64,000 bases of DNA, from positions 960,001 through 1,024,000 of the forward strand of contig CAWDVR010000002.1 in NCBI GenBank assembly GCA_963805975.1, in the 5' to 3' direction. Position numbers and translations under genes: made by a program. This DNA comes from an uncultured Acidobacteriota bacterium (GTDB lineage: Bacteria > Acidobacteriota > Thermoanaerobaculia > Multivoradales > SZUA-115). This document shows positions 16,964-26,900 of the stretch, in pieces; position 1 is the first letter of the stretch, and each line of letters begins with the position of its first letter. The notes beneath the pieces are model-generated. The model did not search any database, had not been told where the DNA came from, and worked only from the letters and a program-made list of their open reading frames with translations.

Positions 16964-18421
16964 CTACGCCTTGACCACCGCCAAACGCAGGATGAGCCCG
17001 GCGAGCGCCACGTCCGGCTCGTGGCTCGCACCCTTGAGGCGCAGCTCGGTCTCGAGCACCGCCCACGGCAGGGTCGCGGCCTCCGCCTCCGGCAACCGGC
17101 AGGCGGCGAGATAGGCCTTGTACAGCCGGTAGGGCTTCAGGCCGGCGAGCGGGCTCTTGCGGCCGTTCGGCAGCGCCTTGGCGAAGGCCGGCGCGTGGTG
17201 GCTCTCGAAGCGCTTGAAGTTGCGCTCCCCGGCCGGCACGCCCGCGAGAAGCATGATGCCGCGGATCGCCGTGATCTGCCGGCAGAGCGCGGCCAGGAGC
17301 GCGAAGAACGACAGCCGGGTCGCCACCGGGTCCTCCGCCGCGGAGAGCAGCCGCGCGTAGCGCTCCAAGGCCTCGCCGGCGCGGCCCGAGCCGATCGCGT
17401 CGAGGATCTGCCACACGTCCTCCTGGCCCCGGTCCTCGACCGCAGCCTCCACCATCGCGCGGTCGATCGTCCGCCGTGCCGGCGCCCCGGCGCTCTTTCC
17501 CTCGACGATCGGCGCCAGGTGCGCGAGCTTGCGGTACTCGCCGGCGAAGCGGCCCGTGGACTCGGCCTCCGCCGCGCCCTCGCGTTCGCTGCGCAGGGTG
17601 CGGCGCACCAGCTCGGCCAGGGCGCCCCGCTCGATGCCCACGCCGGTCTCCCGCGCCAGCTCGGCGGCCAGCGGCTCGACGCCGGCGAAGCTGCCGCCCC
17701 GCTCCGCCTTGACCTCGCCGGCGGCGGCCATCGCGCCGCGCGCCGCGAGCGCGGCGACGACCGGGTGGTCCGCCGCCACCGACCGCTCGGCCAGCACCAG
17801 CGCGTGGCCCGGCGGGAAACCCTGCTCGAGGGCGGCGGCGAGCTCCGCCTGGTCGCCTTCCGGCGCCCCGCCGAGCCCCGCCTCGCGGGCTGCCGCGAGC
17901 AGCTCGGCGAGGCCCTCGGCCAGCGCCTCGACCTCTTTCTTCGTCCGCCCGCGCGGCTTGCGCTGCCGCACGCTCTTGCCTCCCTCGAGCGCCCAGGAAG
18001 GCAGGGCACCGATCGCGGCTTGCGGCTCGGCCGCCTGGGGATCGACGCCGAAGAGGCGCAGCGCCTGGAGCAGCCGCGAGGCACCGTGCCGGGAGCGGCT
18101 GGCGAGCCCGCCCTCGCCCACCGGCAAGGCGGCCTCGGCGTCGTCCACCAGGTCGGCCGCGGCCGAGCGGTCCGCCAGCACCGCGGTGTCCACCGCCAGC
18201 ACCACCTTGGCGGCGCCGAAGAGCGAGAAGGTCCGCAGGTCGCCGAGCACCTCGGCGAGGCGCGGCGGGTGCCGCCGGATCTCGACCTCGCAGCCGGTCT
18301 TCTCCGCCAGCGCCTTGGCCAGGCGCTCGGCGGCCGGCACAGCGAGCACGAGGTCGCCGTGCACCAGGTAGACGGGCTGGGGCGGCCCGGCAGCCACCGC
18401 CTCGAGGAGCCGTTCGATCAT
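16964..18421 (-). CDS. holA: DNA polymerase III delta subunit-like protein
   Basis: N-terminal PVYLVHGD, TFSLFGAAKVV, EDVWQILDAI, C-terminal ETELRLKG; longer than typical HolA. Confidence 0.7.
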   Translation of the reverse strand: MIERLLEAVAAGPPQPVYLVHGDLVLAVPAAERLAKALAEKTGCEVEIRRHPPRLAEVLGDLRTFSLFGAAKVVLAVDTAVLADRSAAADLVDDAEAALPVGEGGLASRSRHGASRLLQALRLFGVDPQAAEPQAAIGALPSWALEGGKSVRQRKPRGRTKKEVEALAEGLAELLAAAREAGLGGAPEGDQAELAAALEQGFPPGHALVLAERSVAADHPVVAALAARGAMAAAGEVKAERGGSFAGVEPLAAELARETGVGIERGALAELVRRTLRSEREGAAEAESTGRFAGEYRKLAHLAPIVEGKSAGAPARRTIDRAMVEAAVEDRGQEDVWQILDAIGSGRAGEALERYARLLSAAEDPVATRLSFFALLAALCRQITAIRGIMLLAGVPAGERNFKRFESHHAPAFAKALPNGRKSPLAGLKPYRLYKAYLAACRLPEAEAATLPWAVLETELRLKGASHEPDVALAGLILRLAVVKA

Positions 18422-18439
18422 CACGGGATCTTAGTGCCG

Positions 18440-19432
18440 CTAGAGCCGGCCGACGAAATGCGTGCCCGCCGTGCCGTCGAGCGCCTCACCCAGCTTCTGC
18501 GGGCTGGTGATGAGGCCCCGCCGCCCGCCCCGCGCCAGGAACTGGTGGACGGCCTCCACCTTGGGGCCCATCGAGCCCGCCGGGAAGTGCCCCTCGCGGA
18601 TGTAGCGCTCGCACTCGGCCATCGTCACCGCCCCGAGGACGAGCTCGTTCGGCTGGCCGAAGTGGAGCGCTACGCCGTCCACCGCCGTCAGGATCACCAG
18701 CAGGTCCGCGCCGACGTCGATGGCCAGCACGCTCGCGGTCAGGTCCTTGTCGATCACGGCTTCGACGCCCACGTAGTCGTCGTTCGCCGACTTCGTCACC
18801 GGGATACCGCCGCCGCCGCCGGCGATGACGATGTGCCCGGAGCGGGCGGCTTCGTGGACCATGCCGCGTTGGATGACCTTGAGCGGCTTGGGCGAGGGAA
18901 CGAGGCGCCGCCATCCGCGGCCCGCCTCCTCCCCCACCTTCCAGCCCAGCCGCTCCGACAACGCGCGGGCCTCGGCCTCGCTCATCGAGGGCCCGACCGG
19001 CTTGGTGGGCCGGTCGAACGCCGGGTCCAGTCGATCGACGACCACCTGCGTGACCACCGTCACCACGTAGCGGCGCAGGCCGCGGGCCCGCAGCTCGTTG
19101 AGCAGCGCCATCTGCATGAAGTAGCCCAGGCTGCCCTCGGTCTGGGCCACGAGCACCTCGAGCGGCAGGGCCGGGACCTGGTCGCGCGCCAGCTCGGTCT
19201 GGGTCAGCAGGTCTCCCACCTGCGGGCCGTTGCCGTGGGTGATGACGATGTTGTAGCCGCGCTCGACGAAGGTCATCAGGTGGTGGCCCACCTGCCGCGC
19301 GTTGCGGGTGTGCTCCTCGTAGGTGCCGCGCTCGCCGGGTTGGAGAAAGGCGTGCCCGCCCATCGCCACCACGACGGTGGGGGCTCCGGTGCCCCGGGTG
19401 GGCTGGGTCGGTGGGTTGGGGATCACGGCCAT
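18440..19432 (-). CDS. arcC: Carbamate kinase
   Basis: VVAMGGHA, ITHGNGPQVG, PTKPVG, RRLVPSPKP, GGGGIPV, VEAVIDKD, GSMGPKVEA. Confidence 0.92.
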   Translation of the reverse strand: MAVIPNPPTQPTRGTGAPTVVVAMGGHAFLQPGERGTYEEHTRNARQVGHHLMTFVERGYNIVITHGNGPQVGDLLTQTELARDQVPALPLEVLVAQTEGSLGYFMQMALLNELRARGLRRYVVTVVTQVVVDRLDPAFDRPTKPVGPSMSEAEARALSERLGWKVGEEAGRGWRRLVPSPKPLKVIQRGMVHEAARSGHIVIAGGGGGIPVTKSANDDYVGVEAVIDKDLTASVLAIDVGADLLVILTAVDGVALHFGQPNELVLGAVTMAECERYIREGHFPAGSMGPKVEAVHQFLARGGRRGLITSPQKLGEALDGTAGTHFVGRL

Positions 19433-19467
19433 GGGTCCCGCCTGGCGGGAGACGAGGCTGTCGAGCG

Positions 19468-20919
19468 TCAGCTCGGAGGAGCGGCCGGCTTGGGCTCGTC
19501 GAGGTCCGCCAGGTCCCAACCCTCGGGGCCCTCCCACACCGTGGCCTCCGCCAGGCCCAGAACCTCGGCCGAGACGTGCTCCTCCTCGAAGTCCATCTCG
19601 ACGGAGCTCCAGGAGCCGCAGGCGTCGCAGCGGTCGCGCCAGTCCGGCTGGGTGGCGCGGCAGACCCGGCACCGGTACTCGGCCTGCGCCAGCCCGAGCT
19701 GGCGGGCGCAGGTGGCGTAGCAGTCCACGGCCTCCCGCAGCTCGCCGCGCCGCTCCCGCAGGCGCCCGAGCACGTAGAAATAGGTCGGCGAGGTGCCGAT
19801 GCGGTCCGCCAGGCCCTCCAGCACCTTGAGCGCCTCGTCGTGCATCTCCAGCCGGTAGTAGAGGCGGCCGAGGAAGAAGCGCGGCAGGAGATCCTTGTCA
19901 CCCTCGGCGATCAGCCGGCGCAGCGTCTCGATGGCGCGCCGCGGCTCTTCGTCCTCGATGAAGTGGTCCTCGATGCGCTGCAGGAACACGGGGCTCCCCG
20001 TCCGCCGGTAGCCGCCGAGCCAGGTGTCGATGGCGGCCGGTTCGTCCTCGGCCAGGAGCTGGGCCTCCCCGAGCATGATCGCCGCCGGGATGAAGCGGGG
20101 CTCGCGCTCGAGCAGGCCGCGGAAGGTGCCCATCGCCGCCGCGGCGTCCTCGGCCTCGAGCTCGGCCACCCCGCGTTCGTACTCGAGCCCCAGCTTGACG
20201 CCGGCCTCGCGCTCGAGCTCCTCGGCCCGCAGCCCGGACGCGGCAGCGGCCTCGGTGGGAGCCATGGCCTCGATCTGACGCTGGAAGTCGCTCGCCTTGG
20301 CGAACTGCCGGGCACCGAGGGCCGCGTTGCGCCGCCGGCGCAGCACCGAAAGCCCGAAGCTCGGGAAGTCGCGCAGCAGGCGGTTGCGGATCTCCCTCGC
20401 CACCTCCCCCTCGCCGCGGCTCTCGTAGTCCTCGGCGAGCTGGTAGAGGAGGGCGGCGCTCGTCGGGTACTCCACCGAGGCTCTCTGATGCACTTCCAGG
20501 GCCTCGGGGAGCCGTCCCAGGTGGCGCAGCACCTCGCCGTAGCGCAGCAACGGTGAGAAGTCCTTGGGGCGGGCCGCGAGCACCACCTCCAGCTCCGCCG
20601 CGGCGCGTGACCACTGGCCGTCCGCCTGGTAGTCCACGGCGCGACGAAAGCTCGCCTGGATGCTCTCGGCGTCGCGGCTCCGGCGGCGCTCGTCGCGCAG
20701 CGCGAGGTCGCGACGCACGCTCCCCACCAGGAGCACGGTCGTGGTGGGGACCAGGCCGAGCAGGAAGGCACCGAGGAGCGCCGCCCAGAGCGGTACCGTG
20801 GTCTCGGCGGCGAGCCGGAACGGCCGGTGGAACAGCTCCTGGTTCTGGTGGGTCAGATAGGAGGCGACGAAGATCGCCCCCAGGGCGATGAGCAGGCCCA
20901 GGTAGGTGCGGATTCGCAT
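19468..20919 (-). CDS. lapB: LapA-LapB-like fusion: two N-terminal TMs, TPR repeats, C-terminal rubredoxin-type metal site
   Basis: TM-N-loop-TM N-terminus like LapA; TPR helices; YRCRVC...WRDRCDACGSW. Confidence 0.75.
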   Translation of the reverse strand: MRIRTYLGLLIALGAIFVASYLTHQNQELFHRPFRLAAETTVPLWAALLGAFLLGLVPTTTVLLVGSVRRDLALRDERRRSRDAESIQASFRRAVDYQADGQWSRAAAELEVVLAARPKDFSPLLRYGEVLRHLGRLPEALEVHQRASVEYPTSAALLYQLAEDYESRGEGEVAREIRNRLLRDFPSFGLSVLRRRRNAALGARQFAKASDFQRQIEAMAPTEAAAASGLRAEELEREAGVKLGLEYERGVAELEAEDAAAAMGTFRGLLEREPRFIPAAIMLGEAQLLAEDEPAAIDTWLGGYRRTGSPVFLQRIEDHFIEDEEPRRAIETLRRLIAEGDKDLLPRFFLGRLYYRLEMHDEALKVLEGLADRIGTSPTYFYVLGRLRERRGELREAVDCYATCARQLGLAQAEYRCRVCRATQPDWRDRCDACGSWSSVEMDFEEEHVSAEVLGLAEATVWEGPEGWDLADLDEPKPAAPPS

Positions 20920-20934
20920 CCTCGCCCGCCGGAT

Positions 20935-21477
20935 CTAGTTGGCGTGACCGCCCTCTTCCTCGAGCAGCCCCTTCTCGGCCAGCTCCTGGTACTCGATCGA
21001 GTAGCGGGCCCAGGGGACGGCCTGCAAGCGCGCGAGGGCGATGGGCTTGCCCGAGTGCTGGCAGAAGCCGTAGGTGCCGTCGTCGATGCGGCGCAGCGCC
21101 GCGTCCACCTCGATCACCTGCTCGCGCTCGGCGGAGGACAACGAGAACATCAGCTCGCGGTTGTAGGAGTTGTTGGCGCGGTCGACGATGTCGTCCGTGC
21201 CCTCCTGCGTCGCTTCCTGGCCGGCACGAACGTCGGCGGCGTAGAGGTCCACGATGCGCTGGCGCTTGTGGAGCAACTGCTCCTTGAGCGACGCCACCGT
21301 GTCCGCGGTCAGGATGTCGGCCGTGCTCGAGGCCTTGGCGCCTTGGGCGCCTTGGGGGCCAGGGGACCGGTTGGCGCTGGGAGCCGGGGTCGCGCTGTTG
21401 GTCTTGGTCGCGCTGCTCGCCTTGCTGGCGCTGGCGGCCTTGGGTTTGGGCTTCGCTTTGGTCTTCGTCTCGGCCAA
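20935..21477 (-). CDS. dksA: DksA/TraR family transcription factor retaining only one Cys
   Basis: TTG start with SD AGGAG; DxxDxA tip (DIVDRA); ALRRIDDGTYGFCQHSGKPIALARLQAVPWARYSIEYQ. Confidence 0.85.
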   Translation of the reverse strand: MAETKTKAKPKPKAASASKASSATKTNSATPAPSANRSPGPQGAQGAKASSTADILTADTVASLKEQLLHKRQRIVDLYAADVRAGQEATQEGTDDIVDRANNSYNRELMFSLSSAEREQVIEVDAALRRIDDGTYGFCQHSGKPIALARLQAVPWARYSIEYQELAEKGLLEEEGGHAN

Positions 21478-21512
21478 GTCTCGAATCTCCTATCCAATGT
21501 CCAAGGCGAAAA

Positions 21513-21983
21513 CTAGCCGCGATGATAGTTTATTCCGGCATCGATGCATAGCGCGCGGTAGAGCTGTTCGTAGAGCACTACACGCGCCAGCTCGTGCGGC
21601 AAAGTCAGGGGTCCGAAGGAGATCGCCTGGCGTGCACGGCTCGAGATCTCCTCGTCGAGCCCCAGGTCCGAGCCGAGCACGAAAGCGATCGCGTGCGGCC
21701 AGTCGCGCCGCAGGCGAGCGAGCTTGGCCGCGAAGGCTTCGGAGGACAACATCTCGCCGCGCGGGTCGAGAGCGATCATCCAGCTCTTGTCCGGCAGCGC
21801 TTCGAGGAGCGCCCGTCCCTCGGCACGCTTGCGGTCGGCCCCCTCCCCCGCGGTCCGCGCCTTGACGGCAAGGTCGCGCACCGGCAGGAAGCGCTCGATC
21901 TTGCGCCGGTAGTCGGCAGCCAGATCCTCCCAGGCCCGGCGCTGGTGCCGCCCGGCCCAGGCGATCACCAGCTCCCGGCTCAA
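21513..21983 (-). CDS. rlmH: 23S rRNA m3-pseudouridine-1915 methyltransferase
   Basis: IALDPRGEMLSSEAFA, FVLGSDLG, SFGPLTLPHELARVVLYEQLYRA, YHR; TTG start overlaps the def stop. Confidence 0.92.
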   Translation of the reverse strand: MSRELVIAWAGRHQRRAWEDLAADYRRKIERFLPVRDLAVKARTAGEGADRKRAEGRALLEALPDKSWMIALDPRGEMLSSEAFAAKLARLRRDWPHAIAFVLGSDLGLDEEISSRARQAISFGPLTLPHELARVVLYEQLYRALCIDAGINYHRG

Positions 21984-22516
21984 GGCTCCTCGGACGCGGC
22001 CTCGGCGTCCTCGGCCTGCTGCAGCTCTTCGAGGAATCCGAGGGACGTCATGTCCCGCATGCGGTCGAGATAGACGACGCCGTCCAGGTGATCGAGCTCG
22101 TGCTGGATGATCCGCGCCTCGAAGCCCTCTGCGCGCCGGGTGAACGGCCGGCCGAGGGCATCGAGGGCCGAGAGCTCCACCACCTCGTGGCGCGGCACCA
22201 GGCCGCGCAGCCCGGGGATCGAGAGGCAACCCTCCCAGCCCTCGACCAGGTCGCCGGGCACGGGCTCGAGCCGCGGGTTCACGGCTACCGTCAGCGGTAC
22301 CGGGGGCTCGCTGCCCTTGGCCTCGAAAACGAAGACGCGGGCCGCTTCCCCGACCTGCGGCGCCGCGAGGCCCACGCCCTCGGCCTCGTGCATGGTGTCG
22401 ACGAGATCCCGGACCAGGCGTAGGAGGTCGCGGGAGCCAAACAGGCTCTCGTCGACCGGCTGCGCCACGGCGCGGAGCACCGGCTCCCCGAGGCGGACGA
22501 TGGGCCGGACGGGCAT
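21980..22516 (-). CDS. def: Peptide deformylase
   Basis: GVGLAAPQ, EGCLS, QHELDH motifs; start placed 7 nt after a TAGCAT box. Confidence 0.95.
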   Translation of the reverse strand: MPVRPIVRLGEPVLRAVAQPVDESLFGSRDLLRLVRDLVDTMHEAEGVGLAAPQVGEAARVFVFEAKGSEPPVPLTVAVNPRLEPVPGDLVEGWEGCLSIPGLRGLVPRHEVVELSALDALGRPFTRRAEGFEARIIQHELDHLDGVVYLDRMRDMTSLGFLEELQQAEDAEAASEEP

Positions 22517-22543
22517 CGGCGCCATGCTATCGTGCCTCCCCTC

Positions 22544-23536
22544 ATGGCCGCCCTCTCCGACGAGGAACTAGAGCGGCGCAAGCGCCGCAAGCGGCTGCTT
22601 CAGGGCCTGGTGGTGGGCGCCGCCGCGATCGGCGTGCCGGCGCTCGCCAATGCCCTGATCCGGCGTCGCGCCGGCAAGCTCCCCTCGACCCCCTGGGGCC
22701 GCACCCAGCGCTACGCCTGGCGCGAGGGCGAGGTCCTCTTCCAGCGCCTGGGCCACGGGCCGCCGGTGGTCCTGCTGCACTCCTTCGGCCCCGGACACGA
22801 CGGCGAACAGTGGCGCGAGGTGGCGAGCCTGCTGGCCGACGAGCTGACGGTCTTCGTACCCGATCTCCTCGGCTGGGGCCGCTCGGAGAAACCGTCGCTG
22901 CCCTACGACGGCGAGCTCTACATCCAGCTCCTGGACGACTTCCTGGCCGACGTGGTGGGCCAGCGGGCGGTGGTGATCGCCGCCGGCCTCCCGGCGGCCT
23001 ACGCCGTGCAGATCGCCGTCGACACTCCCGAGCGGGTGCGCTGTCTGGGCCTCGTGGTGCCGCAGGGCCTCGAGGTCCACGGCGACGAGCCGGACTTGAA
23101 GGACGCCATCGTCCACCGGCTGCTCCGGCTGCCGGTGTTCGGCACCTCGGCGCTCAACGTCTACACCAGCCGCCCGGGGATCGCACACCACCTCAAGAGC
23201 GAGGTCTTCGGCTCCGCCGAGCGGGTGGACGACGCAGTGGTGGAGCGCCACTACGTGGCGAGCCATCAGCCCGGGGCGCAGGCGGCGCTCGCCGCGTACC
23301 TGGCGGGCTACCTGAACCACGGCGTAGGCGCCCTGCTGCCGCGGCTCGACGTGCCCGTGTGGCTGGCCTGGGGCGGCAACGCGACCTCGCCCCCGCTCAC
23401 CACCGCCGACCTCTGGCTGCGCCGCACTCAGGCGCCGCTCGAGATCTTCGAGCACGCCGGCAACCAGCCCCACGCCGAGTCCCCCACCGCCTTCACCAGC
23501 GCCCTCGTCGAGTTCTGGAAGAAGCTGCCGGAGTAG
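22544..23536 (+). CDS. Alpha/beta-hydrolase fold protein with N-terminal membrane anchor; no visible nucleophile Ser
   Basis: GPPVVLLH, PDLLGWGRS, QPHAE; nucleophile elbow reads VIAAGLPA. Confidence 0.8.
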   Translation: MAALSDEELERRKRRKRLLQGLVVGAAAIGVPALANALIRRRAGKLPSTPWGRTQRYAWREGEVLFQRLGHGPPVVLLHSFGPGHDGEQWREVASLLADELTVFVPDLLGWGRSEKPSLPYDGELYIQLLDDFLADVVGQRAVVIAAGLPAAYAVQIAVDTPERVRCLGLVVPQGLEVHGDEPDLKDAIVHRLLRLPVFGTSALNVYTSRPGIAHHLKSEVFGSAERVDDAVVERHYVASHQPGAQAALAAYLAGYLNHGVGALLPRLDVPVWLAWGGNATSPPLTTADLWLRRTQAPLEIFEHAGNQPHAESPTAFTSALVEFWKKLPE

Positions 23537-23545
23537 GAAGGGCTG

Positions 23546-23632
23546 TCACAACCGGCCGCGCCAGTATCCGGCGCGCCGCTTCTGATGGGCGACAGCCAGG
23601 ATGCGAACGCGACCCGGTTCGAGCACACTCAC
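23546..23632 (-). pseudogene. ParE/RelE-family toxin remnant (C-terminal motif only, 28 codons)
   Basis: GTG overlapping the antitoxin stop translates VSVLEPGRVRILAVAHQKRRAGYWRGRL*, matching the ILAVAHxxRxPxYW C-terminus of ParE-like toxins. Confidence 0.75.
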
Positions 23633-23859
23633 CCGAGCCGAGCCCGCACCTTCGCGAAGACCTCTTCGGCCGGCAAGCCCTGCACCCGCCCCTCGCGCAG
23701 CTCTGCCAGCCGGCGCTCGGCTTCCACGAGCCAGAGCCTTTCAATCTCTGCTTCGGAGGTCGGGTCGGCACTGACCCAGAGCATTTCGGCCAAGCGAATG
23801 CGGTCGTCGAGCGAGAGCTTCAACGCCTCGGATTCCAGCTCTTCCAGTGTCATCGGCAT
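23629..23859 (-). CDS. Putative addiction module antitoxin (TIGR02574-like)
   Basis: 76 aa: EALKLSLDDRIRLAEMLW...WLVEAERRLAELREG...EEVF. Confidence 0.85.
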   Translation of the reverse strand: MPMTLEELESEALKLSLDDRIRLAEMLWVSADPTSEAEIERLWLVEAERRLAELREGRVQGLPAEEVFAKVRARLG

Positions 23860-23947
23860 CGCCGGTTCTCCATGAGTTCCATGATAACCCTCCCTGTGCG
23901 GCTACAATACGCCCCTTCCACCAGGCCCAGACAGGACATCCGCGACC

Positions 23948-26900
23948 ATGACCCGCAAGCCGTTCCCCGAGCTGCCCCCCGGCTACCCGTTCCCCGCCCT
24001 GGAGCGGGAGGTGCTGGAGCGTTGGCGGGAGCGGGGGATCTTCGAGAAGACCCTGGAGCAGACGCAGAGCGGCCCGAGCTTCGTGTTCTTCGAGGGCCCC
24101 CCCACCGCCAACAACAAGCCGCACGTGGGCCACGTGGTCACCCGCGCGGTGAAGGACCTCTTCCCCCGCTTCCGCACCATGCAGGGCTTCCACGTGGCGC
24201 GCAAGGCCGGCTGGGACACGCACGGCCTGCCGGTCGAGATCGAGGTCGAGAAGAAGCTCGGCTTCTCGGGCAAGGAGCAGATCGAGCAGTACGGCATCGC
24301 CGCCTTCAACCAGGCCTGCCTCGAGAGCGTCGACACCTACGAGCGCGACTGGCGGGCGATGACCGAGCGCACCGGCTACTGGCTGGACCTCGACCACGCC
24401 TACTACACCTATACCAACGACTACATCGAGTCCGTGTGGTGGGCGCTCTCCGAGCTCGCCCGGCGCGACCTCCTCGAGCAGGGCTACAAGATCCAGCCCT
24501 ACTGCGCGCGCTGCGGCACCACGCTCTCGAGCCACGAGCTGGCGCAGAACTACAAGGAGGCCGACGATCCCTCGGTCTGGGTGCTGTTCCCGGCGCGGCC
24601 CGGCCAGACCCTTCGCACCGTCGAGGGCGGGGACCTGGCGACCGGCCCCGAGCTGAAGCTCGTCGCCTGGACCACTACGCCCTGGACGCTTCTCGCCCAC
24701 GTCGGCCTCGCCGTCCACCCCGACCTCGTCTACCGCGTGGTCGCCCACCCGGACCCGGAGCGCGACGCGGCCGGCGAGAAGCTGCTCTTCGGCGATGCGA
24801 TTGGGACCCCGGTCCCCTTCGAGATGGCCGTCGAGGGCGGCAAGCGGAAGCGCCTCGACCTGCGCGACTTGCCGGCCGAGGCCAGGGTCCGGGGCCGCGA
24901 CCTCGAGGGGTTGGTGTACGACCGCCCCTTCGCCTTCGGTCCGTTCGACTTCGTGGGCGGCGGCGCGCCGGCTCCCGGCGAGCTCGACCCGCGGCAGCCG
25001 GAAGGCTGGAAAGCCGTCGAGGCGGCGGGCTTTCGCGTCGTGCCCGGCGACTACGTGACGGCCACCGAGGGCACCGGGCTGGTCCACACCGCGATCCCTT
25101 TCGGCGAGGACGACTACAAGACCGGCCAGCGCTACCGGCTGCCGGGCTTCGTGGCCGTGGACGAGGCCGGCCGCATCGACCGTCGTGCCGAGCCCTTTGC
25201 CGGCCTGTGGTTCAAGGACGCCGACCCCGAGATCCTCCGCGACTTGAAGCGCCGCGGCCTCCTGCTGCACGGCGACCGCTACGTCCACAACTACCCGTTC
25301 TGCTGGCGCTGCGACACGCCGCTCCTCTACTACGCCACCACGAGCTGGTTCATCAAGACCACGGCGAAGAAAGCCGAGCTGATCGAGAAGAACAAGACCA
25401 TCCACTGGCACCCCGAGCACGTGGGCGAGGGCCGCTTCGGCAATTGGCTGGAGAACGTGGTCGATTGGGCGCTGTCGCGCCGCCGGTACTGGGGCACGCC
25501 GCTCCCGGTCTGGCTCTGTGACGCCCCGGACTGCAAAGAGCGCCAGGTGATCGGCTCCTTCGCCGAGCTGTTCGCGGCCACCGGGCGCCCCCTGCCAGAG
25601 AACCCGTACGACCGCGAGCAGTTCGACCCGCACCGCCCGTACATCGACGAGCACACCTGGGCCTGCGCCGCCTGCGGCGCGGGCACCATGCGGCGCGTCG
25701 AAGAGGTGATCGACGCCTGGTTCGACTCCGGCGCCATGCCCTTCGCGCAGCACCACTACCCGTTCGAGAACCGCGAGCGTTTCGAGGGGAGCGAGGGCGA
25801 GCGGCAGTTCCCGGCGGACTTCATCTCCGAGGCCGTGGACCAGACCCGCGGCTGGTTCTACACGCTGCACGCGCTCGCCGTGCTGCTCTTCGACTCGGTG
25901 GCTTTCAAGAACTGCATCGTGATGGGCCACGTGACCGACGAGAAGGGGCGCAAGATGTCGAAGCGCCTGGGCAACGTGGTCGACCCCATGGCGGTGATCG
26001 AGGAGAACGGCGCCGACGCCCTGCGCTGGTACTTCTACGCCAACAACCCGGAGATCAGCTCGCGCTTCTCCTCGCGCTTGGTGCGCGAGTCCGCGCAAGG
26101 CTTCCTGCTGCCGCTCGCCAACGCGGTCTCCTTCTTCACCATCTACGCCAACCTGGACGGCTGGCGGCCGGGTGACGAGGCGCGGCAGACGCCGAATTTC
26201 GCCCGCCGCCCCGCCCTCGACCGCTGGATCCTGCTGCGGCTCGACCGCCTGGTGGCCGCGACCACCGAGCATCTGGAGGAGTACAGGATCCCGGAGGCGG
26301 CGCGCGGTGTCGAGGACTTCCTCGACGATCTCACCAACTGGTACATCCGCCGCAGCCGCGACCGCTTCTGGGCGCCGGCCGAGGGCGGTGACGAAGCAGC
26401 CAAGGAGAGCGCCTACCAGGCGCTCTACGAGGTGCTGACCACGGTGGTGAGGCTGCTGGCGCCGTTCATCCCCTTCTTCACCGACGTGCTGCACGGCCTC
26501 TTGGTGCGGAGCCAGGACGAGGGCGCTGCCGAGAGCGTTCACCTGGAGGCTTGGCCACGGCCGGCCGGCGACCGCGCGGACCACCCGCTCGAGGCCGGGA
26601 TGGCGGCGGTGCAGCGCATCGTCCGCCTGGGGCACGCGGCGCGCAACACCCATTCCCTGAAGACCCGGCAGCCCCTGGCCGGCGTCACGCTGGTGACCGC
26701 GGACGATTCGATCGCTGCCGTCATCGAGCCCTACCTCCCGCTCCTCCAGGAGGAGCTCAACGTGCACCAGGTGCGCTGGGCCGCCGACCGCTCGGAGTAC
26801 GTGCGCCACGAGGTGCGGCCCGTCTACCCCAAGTGCGGGCCTCGCTTCGGCAAGCGCATGGGCGCGCTCAAGGCGGCGCTCGAGGCTGCGGACGGCGACG

